Shown here one piece after another: positions 46,263-57,463 of a DNA stretch of 59,933 nucleotides. This stretch comes from an uncultured virus (IMG/VR IMGVR_UViG_3300042477_000802) (taxonomy: Duplodnaviria; Heunggongvirae; Uroviricota; Caudoviricetes), in the IMG/VR virus record IMGVR_UViG_3300042477_000802, positions 62,001-121,933 of that record; one strand, written 5' to 3'. Below the pieces are notes generated by a model, which saw only the letters and a list, made by a program, of their open reading frames with translations, was not told the origin of the DNA and made no database searches. Position numbers and translations under genes: made by a program. Within the stretch, counting starts at the first letter, position 1, and every line of letters begins with the position of its first letter.

Positions 46263-47843
46263 GTGAAAGAAGTTAAGGTAGATATTGATGATGATCCGGC
46301 TATAGCATATGCTAATCTAGCAGATAGTCCGGCTTGTGGTAAATTTATTCAAGAAGTTAAGGTAGATATTTATGGAAATAAAGAATACTATTGGAATGGT
46401 CAACTCCATCGAGAAGACGGTCCAGCAGTAGAATATATTAATGGAACCAAAAAATGGTATCGTCATGGACAACTTCATCGAGAAGATAGTCCCGCTATAG
46501 AATGGGGTGGCGGGCACAAACATTGGTACCTTCAAGGTAAACAATATGCAGAAGAAGAATATTGGCGATTAGTTAAGTTAAAAACTTTATGGTAAGTTTA
46601 TACAAGAAATAACTTTATTGAAAGATTAAATGACTATCAAGAAAAAGAAAATTAAAAAGCGGTCTAAATCTGCACAGCCTGTAGTAAAGATAGATATAAT
46701 TGGCAATAAGTATTGGATGTTAAATGGAAAATTACATCGAACAGATGGTCCAGCAGCAGAATATGCTGATGGAACTAAAGAGTGGTACATTCATGACGAA
46801 TTACATCGAACAGATGGTCCAGCAGTAGAAGATTCTAATGGTAAAAAAGAATGGTGGATTCGTGATAAATTACATCGAGAAGATGGTCCAGCCATAGAAT
46901 GTGCTAATGGAAATAAAGAGTGGTGTATTTATGGTCAACTACATCGAGTTGATGGTCCAGCATTAGAATATACTAATGGAGAAAAACAGTGGTTTCTGAA
47001 TGGTCAATACCATCGAGAAAATGGACCAGCTATAGAATGGGGTGATGGAACTAAAGAATGGTATCTTCAAGATACAGAATATACAGAAGAAGAATATTGG
47101 AGAATGGTTAAGTTAAAAGCTTTGTGGTAAAAGTTATGCAAGAAATAAAGATAGATAAATTAGGCACTAAAGAATACTATTGGAATGGTCGATTACATCG
47201 AGAAAGTGGGCCAGCAGTAGAATATGCTAATGGAGATAAATGGTGGCTTCTTCATGGCAAATGTCATCGAGAAGATGGTCCAGCGAGAGAATATGCTGAT
47301 GGATCTAAAGAGTGGTATTATCATGGAAAAATCCATCGAGAAGATGGACCTGCGGTAGAACGTGCTAATGGAGATAAAGTTTGGTATCTTCATGGTAAAC
47401 TACATCGAGAAGATGGACCTGCCATAGAATGGGCTTCTGGACCTAAATGTTGGTTTCTTCAAAGTAAACAATATACCGAAGAAGAGTATTGGCGAATGGT
47501 TAAATTAAAAGCTTTGTGGTGAAATATGCAAGAAATTATAAAACATAAAGATGGAACTAAAAAACACTATTGGAATGGTCGATTACATCGAGAAGATGGT
47601 CCAGCAGTAGACCGGCTTAATGGAGATAAAGAGTGGTATTCTTATGGTCAACATCATCGAGAAGATGGCCCAGCTATTGAATGGGCTAATGGAGATAAAG
47701 AATGGTGGATTAATGGCAAAATTCATCGAGAAGATGGCCCAGCAATAGAAAATGTTGATGGTCGTAAATCTTGGTGGCTTCAAGGTAAAGAATATTCTGA
47801 AGAAGAATATTTAAGAGCAGTTAAGTTAAAAGCTTTATGGTAA
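46263..47843 (+). CDS. Four tandem HREDGPA-repeat genes (46263-46595, 46630-47130, 47136-47522, 47526-47843)
   Basis: 2-5 repeats each; all end KLK[AT]LW. Confidence 0.88.
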
Positions 47844-47865
47844 AGCAATATTTTAGGATACAAGA

Positions 47866-48363
47866 ATGATAAATTATAAATATTTAGAAGTTAAACCCAG
47901 TAAAAATGGACAAGGAGTTTTCACTAAACTTCCTATTGCAGCTAATGCTTGCATTTTAGAATTTAAAGGGGATATTATCCCGAGAGAAAAATTATATTAC
48001 GATATGTCAGAAGTGCTCCAAATTGGAAATAATAGTTTTTTAGGACCCTCTGGAGAATTAGATGATTATGTAAATCATAGTTGCAATCCTAATTGTTTAG
48101 TTCATGTAGTGGGTAATAGGGCTTTCTTATATTCAATATATATGATTCCATCCAATACTGAAATAACTTTTGATTACTCTACTTGTTCTACTGATAGTTT
48201 AGATACTTGGAAAATGAATTGTAATTGCGGATCTTACCATTGTCGTAAAACAATTAGTGGATATCAATACTTATCAAATAAGTTACAACAAGAATATAAA
48301 GATAAAGGTATATTACCGATTTTTATTACTAAGCCTGGATTTTACCAAATGAAATGGAAGTGA
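47866..48363 (+). CDS. SET-domain protein lysine methyltransferase with post-SET motif
   Basis: GQGVF, YVNHSCNPN, EITFDY, CNCGSYHCR. Confidence 0.9.
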   Translation: MINYKYLEVKPSKNGQGVFTKLPIAANACILEFKGDIIPREKLYYDMSEVLQIGNNSFLGPSGELDDYVNHSCNPNCLVHVVGNRAFLYSIYMIPSNTEITFDYSTCSTDSLDTWKMNCNCGSYHCRKTISGYQYLSNKLQQEYKDKGILPIFITKPGFYQMKWK

Positions 48364-48365
48364 AA

Positions 48366-49025
48366 ATGTCATTAGTATATTACGTAATAGATACGGAAAC
48401 CACTGGATTAAAATCTAATTTTCATGAAATGACCGAAATTGGAATTGTTAGAGTTGTAGATCGAGTCCAATTATGGAGACAAATTAGATGTGAATACCCA
48501 GAAAGAGCCAATTTTGATGCATTAGCTATTACTAAAAAAAGTATGGCTGATCTAGAAAAAGGTTTTAATAAAGAAAAAGTAGTAGAAGAGTCTGATAAGT
48601 TCTTTAATGAAGATGGTTTAACTCCGCATCATCGATGTATTGTGGCTCATAATGCAGCTTTTGATAGAAAATTTTTACATGCACTATGGGAACAATGTGG
48701 GAAACAATTTCCGGCTAACTTGTGGTTAGATACCATTTCCTTAACTAAAGAGTTTTTAAGAAAAACAGATAATAGTCAATTAAAGATTGTCAAAACTGCT
48801 TCTGGGCGTGTTAGTACCCAATTACACGCGTGCTGTGATATGATGGGAATTAAAAAATTATCCGAGGCCCATAATGCTAAAGTAGATAGTCGAAATACTT
48901 ATCTCTTATATAGAAACTTAATTGAAGAAAAAAAAGTAGATTATTTACCCTTTATTAAAACAGAAATTCATAATTTAATAGCTTCTTCTGAAGAAGGTTT
49001 AGATCCGTCATTATTGGATTTATGA
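48366..49025 (+). CDS. DEDDh 3'-5' exonuclease (DnaQ-like)
   Basis: IDTETTG, VAHNAAFD, AHNAKVD. Confidence 0.9.
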   Translation: MSLVYYVIDTETTGLKSNFHEMTEIGIVRVVDRVQLWRQIRCEYPERANFDALAITKKSMADLEKGFNKEKVVEESDKFFNEDGLTPHHRCIVAHNAAFDRKFLHALWEQCGKQFPANLWLDTISLTKEFLRKTDNSQLKIVKTASGRVSTQLHACCDMMGIKKLSEAHNAKVDSRNTYLLYRNLIEEKKVDYLPFIKTEIHNLIASSEEGLDPSLLDL

Positions 49026-49681
49026 AGATTATTAGTGCAGATAACTTATATTTTCAATTAGAAAAGCATTTACTATTCATGGAAAAATTTACAGAAATTG
49101 ATGACTTAGCTTTTTTATTAAAAGCTTGTCGACTGAAACCATTAGAATATTTGCTAAATAAAAAAAATAAGTTAGAACTTTTTCAACATTGGATAGATGA
49201 ATATCATAACTCTTTACTTCTAAAAAAGAAGAAAAAGAAAGTGGCAATCATTTTTAATGATTTACAAATTCCAAAAACAGAAAATACAGACTTATATTAT
49301 GGTTTATCTTTAAATAAAATTGCTAAAATGAGTAATCTTTTCTACCTATTATTAGGTAAAGAGGAAGATACTCAACAAGATATGATCTGGATTACCTTTC
49401 TAGGAATAGATAATTACTTTAGAAGTTATTTGTATTATAATCAACAATGGACACAGATGTCTTCCTTGTGGTTAGGTGTGCCCCGGTTATTATTTATGAT
49501 CCAACATCGTCATTTGCGGTATTTTAAAAATTTATCAATTAAAGAAAAAACGGACCTCCCTTGTCTCGTGGCAGGCGAGTGGTTAAGTTATCATCCAGTT
49601 AATCAGGTATTACTATCTATGTTAGATCGTAAATACCCAGAAATATTTAACTTTTTGACGAAAGAAAAAACGACTTCATGA
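49022..49681 (+). CDS. Hypothetical protein
   Basis: Coupled ORF. Confidence 0.65.
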   Translation: MKIISADNLYFQLEKHLLFMEKFTEIDDLAFLLKACRLKPLEYLLNKKNKLELFQHWIDEYHNSLLLKKKKKKVAIIFNDLQIPKTENTDLYYGLSLNKIAKMSNLFYLLLGKEEDTQQDMIWITFLGIDNYFRSYLYYNQQWTQMSSLWLGVPRLLFMIQHRHLRYFKNLSIKEKTDLPCLVAGEWLSYHPVNQVLLSMLDRKYPEIFNFLTKEKTTS

Positions 49682-49905
49682 ACAACACAACAGAACGTGC
49701 ACGATTAGAATTTGATGGAACAGTAATTGACGCCAATAAAGGTAAATTTAAAGTAGCAGTAAATGACAATTTAACTGTGTTATGTACTCTTAGCGGTAAA
49801 ATTCGAATGAATTCTGTCAAAATCTTAGTCGGAGATCAAGTTAAAGTAGAGGTCAGTGAATATGACACTACTCAAGGAAGAATTATTTATCGATATAAAA
49901 GCTAA
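49678..49905 (+). CDS. infA: Translation initiation factor IF-1
   Basis: LEFDGTV..FKV..LSGKIRMNSVKILVGDQVKVEVSEYDTTQGRIIYRYK. Confidence 0.92.
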   Translation: MNNTTERARLEFDGTVIDANKGKFKVAVNDNLTVLCTLSGKIRMNSVKILVGDQVKVEVSEYDTTQGRIIYRYKS

Positions 49906-50762
49906 GCTAAATCCTTATATTGACTGAGAATAGCATCAATTCTATTTAATAATTGCATTCTTCCAGTTTGTTGTTTACTAGGTTGATAATTTACTATTTT
50001 TTCATTAGAACTAGGTTTAGATGCTACTGGAGCAGATGGCGTTAAAGGTTCATTGTATCTAGATATTTGATACACATCTTTTAATGGTTTTTTTTCTGTT
50101 CTGCCATCTGGATAAGTAATAACTGCATCTGGTGAAACCAGTCTCACAAAGGATCCATATTCTGTATGGATCGAAGTATCATGTGGAGTGGAGCCTGTTC
50201 CACCTTGAATGGGCTTTCCTTTACTATCAAATAGTCCGTACAATCCTAATTGTCCTGGTTTAACTGGAGCAATAATATCTTTAGCAAAGCCGGAAACAAT
50301 TTCATCTCCTTTGACACCTTTTTCTTTTAATTGATTATTGATTTTGTCATTATAATTAACAGCAAAAGGAGCATAACCTACACCTTTGGTGGTAACACCT
50401 CGGCCAGAATATTGTTTGCCCTCTACTTCTACGCCAGAACCGCTTAATGGTTTGGCCTCGACTTTGACATCAGCATTTTGATAAATTTCTTTAGCAATAG
50501 CGGCTGTAGGTAAACTTAATCCAAAATGGTCGGCTACTTTTTGAGCCGTTGCTCCTGACATAGGCACTCGCATACCTTCTATCATCACATAGTCCGGCAT
50601 AACTTTATACGTAATTTTAACGCCATCAGGACGAGTAATAGTAATAGGCTTCATGCTACGTACAATTTGCTCTTTTGGCAAAGACTTGATGAATTTTAGA
50701 ACGAATTGCTCTCGCTCTGGGCTAGGCTGTTTAAATTTAGCATATTCTTCTTTAAAACTCAT
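49902..50762 (-). CDS. Uncharacterised protein, paralog of 50788-51579
   Basis: Shared VMPDY...R.PM...AQ..A..F...LPT, G..KDI, YG, GKPIQ, VRL. Confidence 0.75.
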   Translation of the reverse strand: MSFKEEYAKFKQPSPEREQFVLKFIKSLPKEQIVRSMKPITITRPDGVKITYKVMPDYVMIEGMRVPMSGATAQKVADHFGLSLPTAAIAKEIYQNADVKVEAKPLSGSGVEVEGKQYSGRGVTTKGVGYAPFAVNYNDKINNQLKEKGVKGDEIVSGFAKDIIAPVKPGQLGLYGLFDSKGKPIQGGTGSTPHDTSIHTEYGSFVRLVSPDAVITYPDGRTEKKPLKDVYQISRYNEPLTPSAPVASKPSSNEKIVNYQPSKQQTGRMQLLNRIDAILSQYKDLA

Positions 50763-50787
50763 ATCATCATATTAAAATATCGATAGG

Positions 50788-51579
50788 TTAATATCGAGTG
50801 AAATTTAAAGGAGTATCATCTGATACTAAATAAGAAAGATTTTTATCTTGTAAAATTTGTTCTAATCGAGCTGGTTTTCCATTTAACACCACATCTTGAG
50901 CGATTAATCTAACACCATGAGAATAATCCTTATAAGTAATTTCATGGTCTTTGGGATTTAATGGTTGAATTGGCTTGCCATTTAATTGAATCCAGCCATA
51001 AATAGCTACTTTTTGCATAATGTTTTTAGGAGATAATCTATTGGTTAAGACAATATCTTTTTTATGACCGGAAGTTAATTGAAAAGGATCCTTATCTTTT
51101 AATTGTTGTTGGATTCTTAAATTATGAGTAATAATTCGATGTGTTTTTAACATATCGGAATTATAAGGTGGTCCCCAAGGTAAAGGAACTAATTTGTTGA
51201 CAGACTGTTCCCAAATTTGATATACCATTTTGGGAGTGGGTAATAAACAATCAAATTTATTAGCAATTTGTTGAGCAGTTAATGGGTTCATTGGCATTCT
51301 AATATAATTATCATTAGTCCCAATAGATAAGTAATCTGGCATGACTAAATAGGTTAAAGTATTTTTACTATCTTTAACATTAATAGTTGAGAAGTTTCTT
51401 AGAAACTCTGGTAAATTTCCATTGATTAATTCATTTAGAATATCTAATTCTCGATTAGGTTCTACAGAATTGATATGTTTTTCGGAAAATTCAGATCCAG
51501 TAGGAGAGAGCGGATCTCGAGTAGGAATTAAATTTTTCTGTTCGTTGTTACCTAACATGTTAAAAATATTAAATCCCAT
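50788..51579 (-). CDS. Uncharacterised protein, paralog of 49902-50762
   Basis: As above; GHKKD and DYSHGVRL motifs. Confidence 0.75.
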   Translation of the reverse strand: MGFNIFNMLGNNEQKNLIPTRDPLSPTGSEFSEKHINSVEPNRELDILNELINGNLPEFLRNFSTINVKDSKNTLTYLVMPDYLSIGTNDNYIRMPMNPLTAQQIANKFDCLLPTPKMVYQIWEQSVNKLVPLPWGPPYNSDMLKTHRIITHNLRIQQQLKDKDPFQLTSGHKKDIVLTNRLSPKNIMQKVAIYGWIQLNGKPIQPLNPKDHEITYKDYSHGVRLIAQDVVLNGKPARLEQILQDKNLSYLVSDDTPLNFTRY

Positions 51580-51645
51580 AAGTGCTCCTCAAGAAAAATA
51601 TTTAAATATGCCCGATTCAGAAAAATTACCGCCAATTTATTAAAT

Positions 51646-51673
51646 TTGACAACACTTGGTAAGTGGTTATAGT
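51646..51673 (+). promoter_or_regulatory. Sigma70-type promoter
   Basis: TTGACA-N16-TATAGT. Confidence 0.55.
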
Positions 51674-51707
51674 TATTTTGGTTAAAATACTTGGAGAAAA
51701 ATATTAT

Positions 51708-52784
51708 ATGACAATTAGAGAAGGTCTATGTTTTGATGATGTGCTGTTAGTACCACAACATAATAAAAAGATTAACAGTAGAAGTGAAGTATCTTTACAG
51801 GTAAAGATTAATAATAGAGTATTTAATCACCCTATCATTCCTGCTAATATGAAGACTATTATGAGCCATCATATGGCTCGAGAAATAATTCATAGTGGCG
51901 GATTAGCTATCTTACATAGATTTCTTCCATTAGAAGAACAACTAAGTTTAGTTAAAGAGTTATCAAAAATAACTCCGAGTTATCTTCCATTAGAAAACCA
52001 GTTAATGTCTTCTAAAGATAAATTTAATGGTGCCGTTTCTTTAGGAGTAAAAGAAGAAGATTTTCAAAATGCCAAAAAATTTATTGATCTAAATGTTGAT
52101 ATGTTTTGCATTGACATTGCTCACGGAGATTCCTCTCAATGTACTGAAATGGTAATGAAATTAAAAGAATATCATTCTGGATTATTAGTTATTGCTGGAA
52201 ATGTAGCGACAGGTTCTGGCGCTCGGCGATTATGGGAAGCTGGAGCCGATGTAGTCAAAGTAGGAGTAGGTCCTGGCTCTTTATGTACTACTAGAATTGA
52301 AACAGGTAATGGCGTTCCACAATTAACTGCCTTAATGGATGTCTACGAAACTCAGCAAGAACTAAGAAATTTGTATGCAAATAAGTCTCCCATGAATAAA
52401 TTCAAATTTATTTCCGATGGTGGCATTAAAAATGCTGGAGATATAGTTAAGGCATTATGTTTTGCTGATATGGTGATGGCGGGCAATTTATTTGCTGGTT
52501 GCCAAGAAACTCCTGGACAAGTTATTTCTATTGATGGTCGTCAATTTAAGGAATATGTTGGTAGTTCTACTCATAAAGTCAATCATATTGAGGGAGTAGC
52601 TGCATTAGTTCCGGTGAAAGATAAATATCAGGATATCCTATCTAAACTATTAGAGGGGGTTCGTTCTGGATGTTCTTATCAAGGAGTTAGCAATTTGCAA
52701 GAATTAAAAGAGCGGCCAGAATTCATTAGAATGACTCAAGCCGGATTACGAGAATCACATCCTCATGATGTAGTATTAAAATAA
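51708..52784 (+). CDS. GMP reductase / IMP dehydrogenase family enzyme lacking CBS domains
   Basis: [37 protein letters not shown]; guaB versus guaC not resolvable by eye. Confidence 0.9.
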   Translation: MTIREGLCFDDVLLVPQHNKKINSRSEVSLQVKINNRVFNHPIIPANMKTIMSHHMAREIIHSGGLAILHRFLPLEEQLSLVKELSKITPSYLPLENQLMSSKDKFNGAVSLGVKEEDFQNAKKFIDLNVDMFCIDIAHGDSSQCTEMVMKLKEYHSGLLVIAGNVATGSGARRLWEAGADVVKVGVGPGSLCTTRIETGNGVPQLTALMDVYETQQELRNLYANKSPMNKFKFISDGGIKNAGDIVKALCFADMVMAGNLFAGCQETPGQVISIDGRQFKEYVGSSTHKVNHIEGVAALVPVKDKYQDILSKLLEGVRSGCSYQGVSNLQELKERPEFIRMTQAGLRESHPHDVVLK

Positions 52785-52792
52785 AGGAAGTT

Positions 52793-52996
52793 ATGGAAAT
52801 TAAGTCTGTATTAAAAATAATTTGGTTTGTATTAACAGTAATTATCATAATTGGCATGTTAGGTTTAGCTGTGTTATCTTTAACCATGCCTCATTGGGGT
52901 TTATTTTTAGTGGCGGTATCTATTGCTGCTATTTTTGGATTATTTTTCTTTTTTGATGTTAAGGCAATGATAGATAAAGAGGATCAAGATGACTGA
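52793..52996 (+). CDS. Small two-helix membrane protein
   Basis: Two hydrophobic segments. Confidence 0.65.
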   Translation: MEIKSVLKIIWFVLTVIIIIGMLGLAVLSLTMPHWGLFLVAVSIAAIFGLFFFFDVKAMIDKEDQDD

Positions 52997-54734
52997 TTTT
53001 AGTAATAAAGTAGAATTAATTGGAACTTATGGCTCGGATGAGACGCATGCTTTGTCGGCTTGGACCTCTACTTCTAGAGATTTAACGGAAGAAAAACGAG
53101 GACGTATGGGGAAGCTGCTAACTATGTTAGCATCAGAAGGGCATCATACTCCTTTTGAAAAATCCACACAACATTTTTTAGTAACTTGTGATATGGCCTC
53201 ACATATTCATTTATTGAAACATCGGATAGGAACTTCTTGTGTAACTGGAGATACAGAAATTTGGACTCCTTTACCAGGAGGAGGTATCAAGAAAAGAAAA
53301 ATAGAAGATTTATATGATTCTTATACTAATGGAATTAACTCTTATTCTTCTAAAAATAAACCATATAAAAGAATTTATGGCAGAAAAGTCCCAGTTAGAA
53401 CTAAAGAACAAGATACTAATTTTATTAGTAAATCTTATATTTCTAATGTTTTCTTTAATGGAATTAAAGAAGTATATGAGTTTGAAACGAGTTCTGGTAA
53501 AAAAATTAAAACAACTTTAGATCATTTATTTTTTACCCCAGAAGGCTGGATAAAAATTGGTGACTTATGTCAAGTAGAATTAAGTAACAATTTAATAGCT
53601 ACTATGCAAAATAATGATGCTTGGGTGGCCACTAATGGTATTAAAATAAATGATTATAAAAGACCGTACACATTTAGAAATTGGTGGAATGATAAAGAAA
53701 ATATAAAAACACGACATGAAGTTGCTTTAGAAAACGGATTAAAATATGAATTAATTAAAAAATGGGGTTATATCTTTAATATTCCTTTTAAGGAAGATTT
53801 AAATAAAGATTTTAAAAAAGGTAATATTCCTTGGAACCATAAAAAATATGGTTATTCGATTAATAGAAAGGTTAATGGAATTAACCCTAATATTAATAAA
53901 AATTTATCACATAAAATATGGAGAGCGACTGTAGGGAATTGGACTACAGAACAACTCCCAAAATTATTGGTAAAATTTAATTATGTTTGTCAAGCTCAAA
54001 ATGGAATATGTTCAAGAAATTTTGTCGGACATCACATAATACCAGTTTCTGTAAATAAAGAATTAGCCACTAATTTTGATAATTTAACTTTAGTCTGTCA
54101 AGATTGTCATAGAAGAATTCATTCTAATCACGAATCTGAATTGGTGTTTGCTGAAAATTATCAAAAAATGGATTTAAAAAAGGAATTTTCTCAAAGACTG
54201 CCCAGAAAAGTGAGAAGAAAAGTTTTTAACTATGAAAAAATAGTTAAAGTGACCTATATGGGAGCTCAAAAAGTTTATGATTTAGAAGTAGATTCTACTC
54301 ATTGTTATGTGGCAAATGGTTTCTTAATTCATAATTGCAATGCAGAATCGGCCAGATATAAAGAATTAAAAGACGATAAATTTTATATTCCTAAAGACTG
54401 GGAACAAGATGAACAAGTAAAATTAATTTCACATTGTGAAGATTCGATTAAAAAATATCATGAATGTCTAGCTAGATTGGTAGCTCAAGGTGTTCCTAGA
54501 AAACGAGCAAAAGAAAGTGCACGTTTTTACTTACCATATTCTAATCAAATAACAGCAGATATTATGTTTAATTTTAGGTCCTTTATGCATTTTATCAATC
54601 TACGATTTTCTGAACATGCTCAGAAAGAAATTAAAGATATTGCGCAGCAAATGTTATTCCAAGTTTGGAACACACAACAATTTAATTTGTCTTTATCAGC
54701 TTTTGGTTGGACAGAAGATAAAATTATAAAATGA
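52989..54734 (+). CDS. thyX: Flavin-dependent thymidylate synthase with intein
   Basis: GHHTPFE, KHRIGTS|CNAESARY signature after splicing, KESARFYLP, NFRS, HAQKEI. Confidence 0.92.
   Translation: MTDFSNKVELIGTYGSDETHALSAWTSTSRDLTEEKRGRMGKLLTMLASEGHHTPFEKSTQHFLVTCDMASHIHLLKHRIGTSCVTGDTEIWTPLPGGGIKKRKIEDLYDSYTNGINSYSSKNKPYKRIYGRKVPVRTKEQDTNFISKSYISNVFFNGIKEVYEFETSSGKKIKTTLDHLFFTPEGWIKIGDLCQVELSNNLIATMQNNDAWVATNGIKINDYKRPYTFRNWWNDKENIKTRHEVALENGLKYELIKKWGYIFNIPFKEDLNKDFKKGNIPWNHKKYGYSINRKVNGINPNINKNLSHKIWRATVGNWTTEQLPKLLVKFNYVCQAQNGICSRNFVGHHIIPVSVNKELATNFDNLTLVCQDCHRRIHSNHESELVFAENYQKMDLKKEFSQRLPRKVRRKVFNYEKIVKVTYMGAQKVYDLEVDSTHCYVANGFLIHNCNAESARYKELKDDKFYIPKDWEQDEQVKLISHCEDSIKKYHECLARLVAQGVPRKRAKESARFYLPYSNQITADIMFNFRSFMHFINLRFSEHAQKEIKDIAQQMLFQVWNTQQFNLSLSAFGWTEDKIIK
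53238..54335 (+). mobile_element. 366-aa intein with HNH endonuclease
   Basis: CVTGDTEI start, TTLDHLF block B, VYDLEV...ANGFLIHN/C end; GHHIIP...NLTLVCQDCHRRIH. Confidence 0.9.
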
Positions 54735-57461
54735 CAACAAAAGCATTTGTTTTTATCGGAAAGGATGAGGGTAAAATTTACCATTTAAATGTTTTCTATC
54801 ATCGAGAAGATGGTCCAGCGGTAGAATATCCTAATGGGGCTAAATATTGGTATCGTCATGGAAAACTTCATCGAGAAGATGGTCCCGCAGCCAAATATGC
54901 TTGCGGGACTAAATATTGGTATCTTCAAGATAAACAATATACCGAAGAAGAGTATTGGAGAATGATTAAATTAAAAACTTTGTGGTAAAATATGCAAGAA
55001 ATTAAAATAGATAAATTTGGTACTAAATTTTATTATTGGAATAATCGGTTACATCGAGAAGATGGTCCAGCATTAGAATATGCTGATGGTCATAAAGAGT
55101 GGTTTCTTCATGGTCAATGGCATCGAGAAGATGGTCCCGCCATAGAATGGGCTAATGGAAAGAAAATTTGGTATCTTCATGGTGAACTTCATCGAGAAGG
55201 TGGGCCAGCTATAGAGTATACTGATGCATATAAAGAATGGTGGATTCATGATAAATGTCATCGAGAAGATGGTCCAGCCGTTGAATATGCTAGTGGATCT
55301 AAAGAGTGGTTTCTTCAGGGTAAAAAATATACAGAAAAAGAATATTGGCGATTAGTTAAGTTAAAAAGTTTATGGTAAAGTATGCAAGAAATTAAAACAT
55401 ATAAAGATGGGTCTATAAGATTCTATTGGAATGATCAGCTCCATCGAAAAGGTGGTCCAGCAGTAGTTTATGCTGATGGCCACAAAGAATGGTATCATCA
55501 TGGTAAATTTCATCGAGAAGAAGGTCCAGCTAGATTATTACCTAATGGACATAAAGAGTGGTATTGTTATGACAAATTACATCGAGAAGGTGGTCCAGCT
55601 ATTGAGTATGCTAATGGAGATACATCATGGTATCTTCATCATCAGCGACATCGAGAAGGCGGTCCGGCCATAGAAAATACTGATGGAACTAAAGAATGGT
55701 GGCTTCAAGGTAAAGAATATACCGAAGAAGAATATTGGAGAATACTTAAATTAAAAGCTTTATGGTAAAATATGCAAAAAATTAAAAAAGATCAATGGGG
55801 AAAATATTATTATTGGAGTGATTGTCTCCATCGAGAAGATGGACCAGCCATAGAACTTGTTAATGGAGATAAATTTTGGTGGTTTAATGGTCAGCGACAT
55901 CGAGAAGATGGTCCTGCTAAAGAATATGCTTATGGAACTAAAGAGTGGTATTTTCATGGTCAACTCCATCGAGAAGATGGTCCGGCCGTAGAGTATCCTA
56001 ATGGGAGTAAAGAATGGTGGATTGATGATCGACTCCATCGAGAAGATGGCCCGGCAGTAGAATTTGCTGATGGAGATAAAAAATGGTTTGTTCATGGCCA
56101 ACTCCATCGAGAAGATGGTCCAGCTATCGAATGTGTTAATGGAGATAAAGTTTGGTCTCTTCAAGATAAAGAATACTGTGAAGAAGAATATTGGCGAATA
56201 GTTAAGCTAAAAGCTTTATGGTAAAATATGCAAGAAATTAAAGAAGATAATTGGGGTAAATCTTATTATTGGAATGGTTTGCTTCATCGAGAAGATGGAC
56301 CAGCCATAGAACTTGTTAATGGAGATAAATTTTGGTATTTTCATGATATTCTTCATCGAGAAGATGGGCCTGCTAAAGAATATGCTCATGGAACTAAAGA
56401 ATGGTATCTTCATGGAAAATGTCATCGAGAAGATGGTCCGGCCATAGAACGTGCTAATGGTAATAAATTTTGGTATCTTCATGGTCAACTACATCGAGAA
56501 GATGGCCCGGCAGTAGATTTTGCTGATGGATATAAAGAATGGTGTATTCTTGGTCAACTCCATCGAGAAGATGGTCCAGCGGCAGAATATGTTAGTGGAG
56601 ATAAAGCCTGGTACCTTCAAGGTAAAGAGTACTGTGAAGAAGAATATTGGAGAGTTGTTAAACTGAAAGCTTTATGGTAAAAATAAAACCACATTCAAAT
56701 TATGTAAAAAATACAAAAATAGTTAATGACTCAGGAATCATTTCTTTAGATGATTATGGTGTTAAAACTTATTATTTTAATAATAAACTTCATCGAGAAG
56801 ATGGTCCAGCTGTAGAATGGCCTAATGGAACTAAATGGTGGTATTTAAATGGAAAGAGACATCGAACAGATGGTCCTGCTATCAAATGTGCTAATGGAGA
56901 TAAATATTGGTATCTTAATGATCAGCGACATCGAGAAGATGGTCCTGCCGTAGAATGGTCTAATGGTTACCAAGAATGGTGGCATGAAGGTATTAGAGTG
57001 AATGCTTCTTCTTTAGAAGAATTCACTAGATTAATTAAACTTAAACTATTATGGTAACAATGGAAATAAATTGCTTTTATTCCATTAACGAATATGGAAC
57101 TAAAATTTACTATTTAAATGGCAAAATCCATCGAGAAGATGGACCGGCCGTCGAATGGGATAATGGAGATAAATGGTGGTATTCTCACGGAGAATATCAT
57201 CGAATAAACGGTCCAGCCATGGAAAATATAGATGGAAGTGAAGAATGGTGGTATCGTAATAAACGACATCGAGCTAATGGACCGGCAGTTATTATTGATA
57301 ACCAATATAAAGAATGGTGGTTTCACGGCCAACTTCATCGAATTGATGGGCCAGCAATAGATTTTCCAAAAACTAAACAATGGTTTTATTTTGGTAAACA
57401 AATTATAGTTAGTTCTCAAACAGAATTTGAGAGATTAATCAAATTAAAAAGTTTGTGGTAG
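54731..57461 (+). CDS. Seven tandem HREDGPA-repeat genes (54731, 54992, 55382, 55772, 56228, 56674, 57051)
   Basis: 2-5 repeats each; all end KLKxLW. Confidence 0.88.
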
Positions 57462-57463
57462 TG

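Noticed and set aside
38709..51612. Possible late-promoter GGCATAT motif upstream of genes at 38744, 43670 and 51579
   Set aside because: Only three short matches in AT-rich DNA; too weak without a genome-wide motif search.
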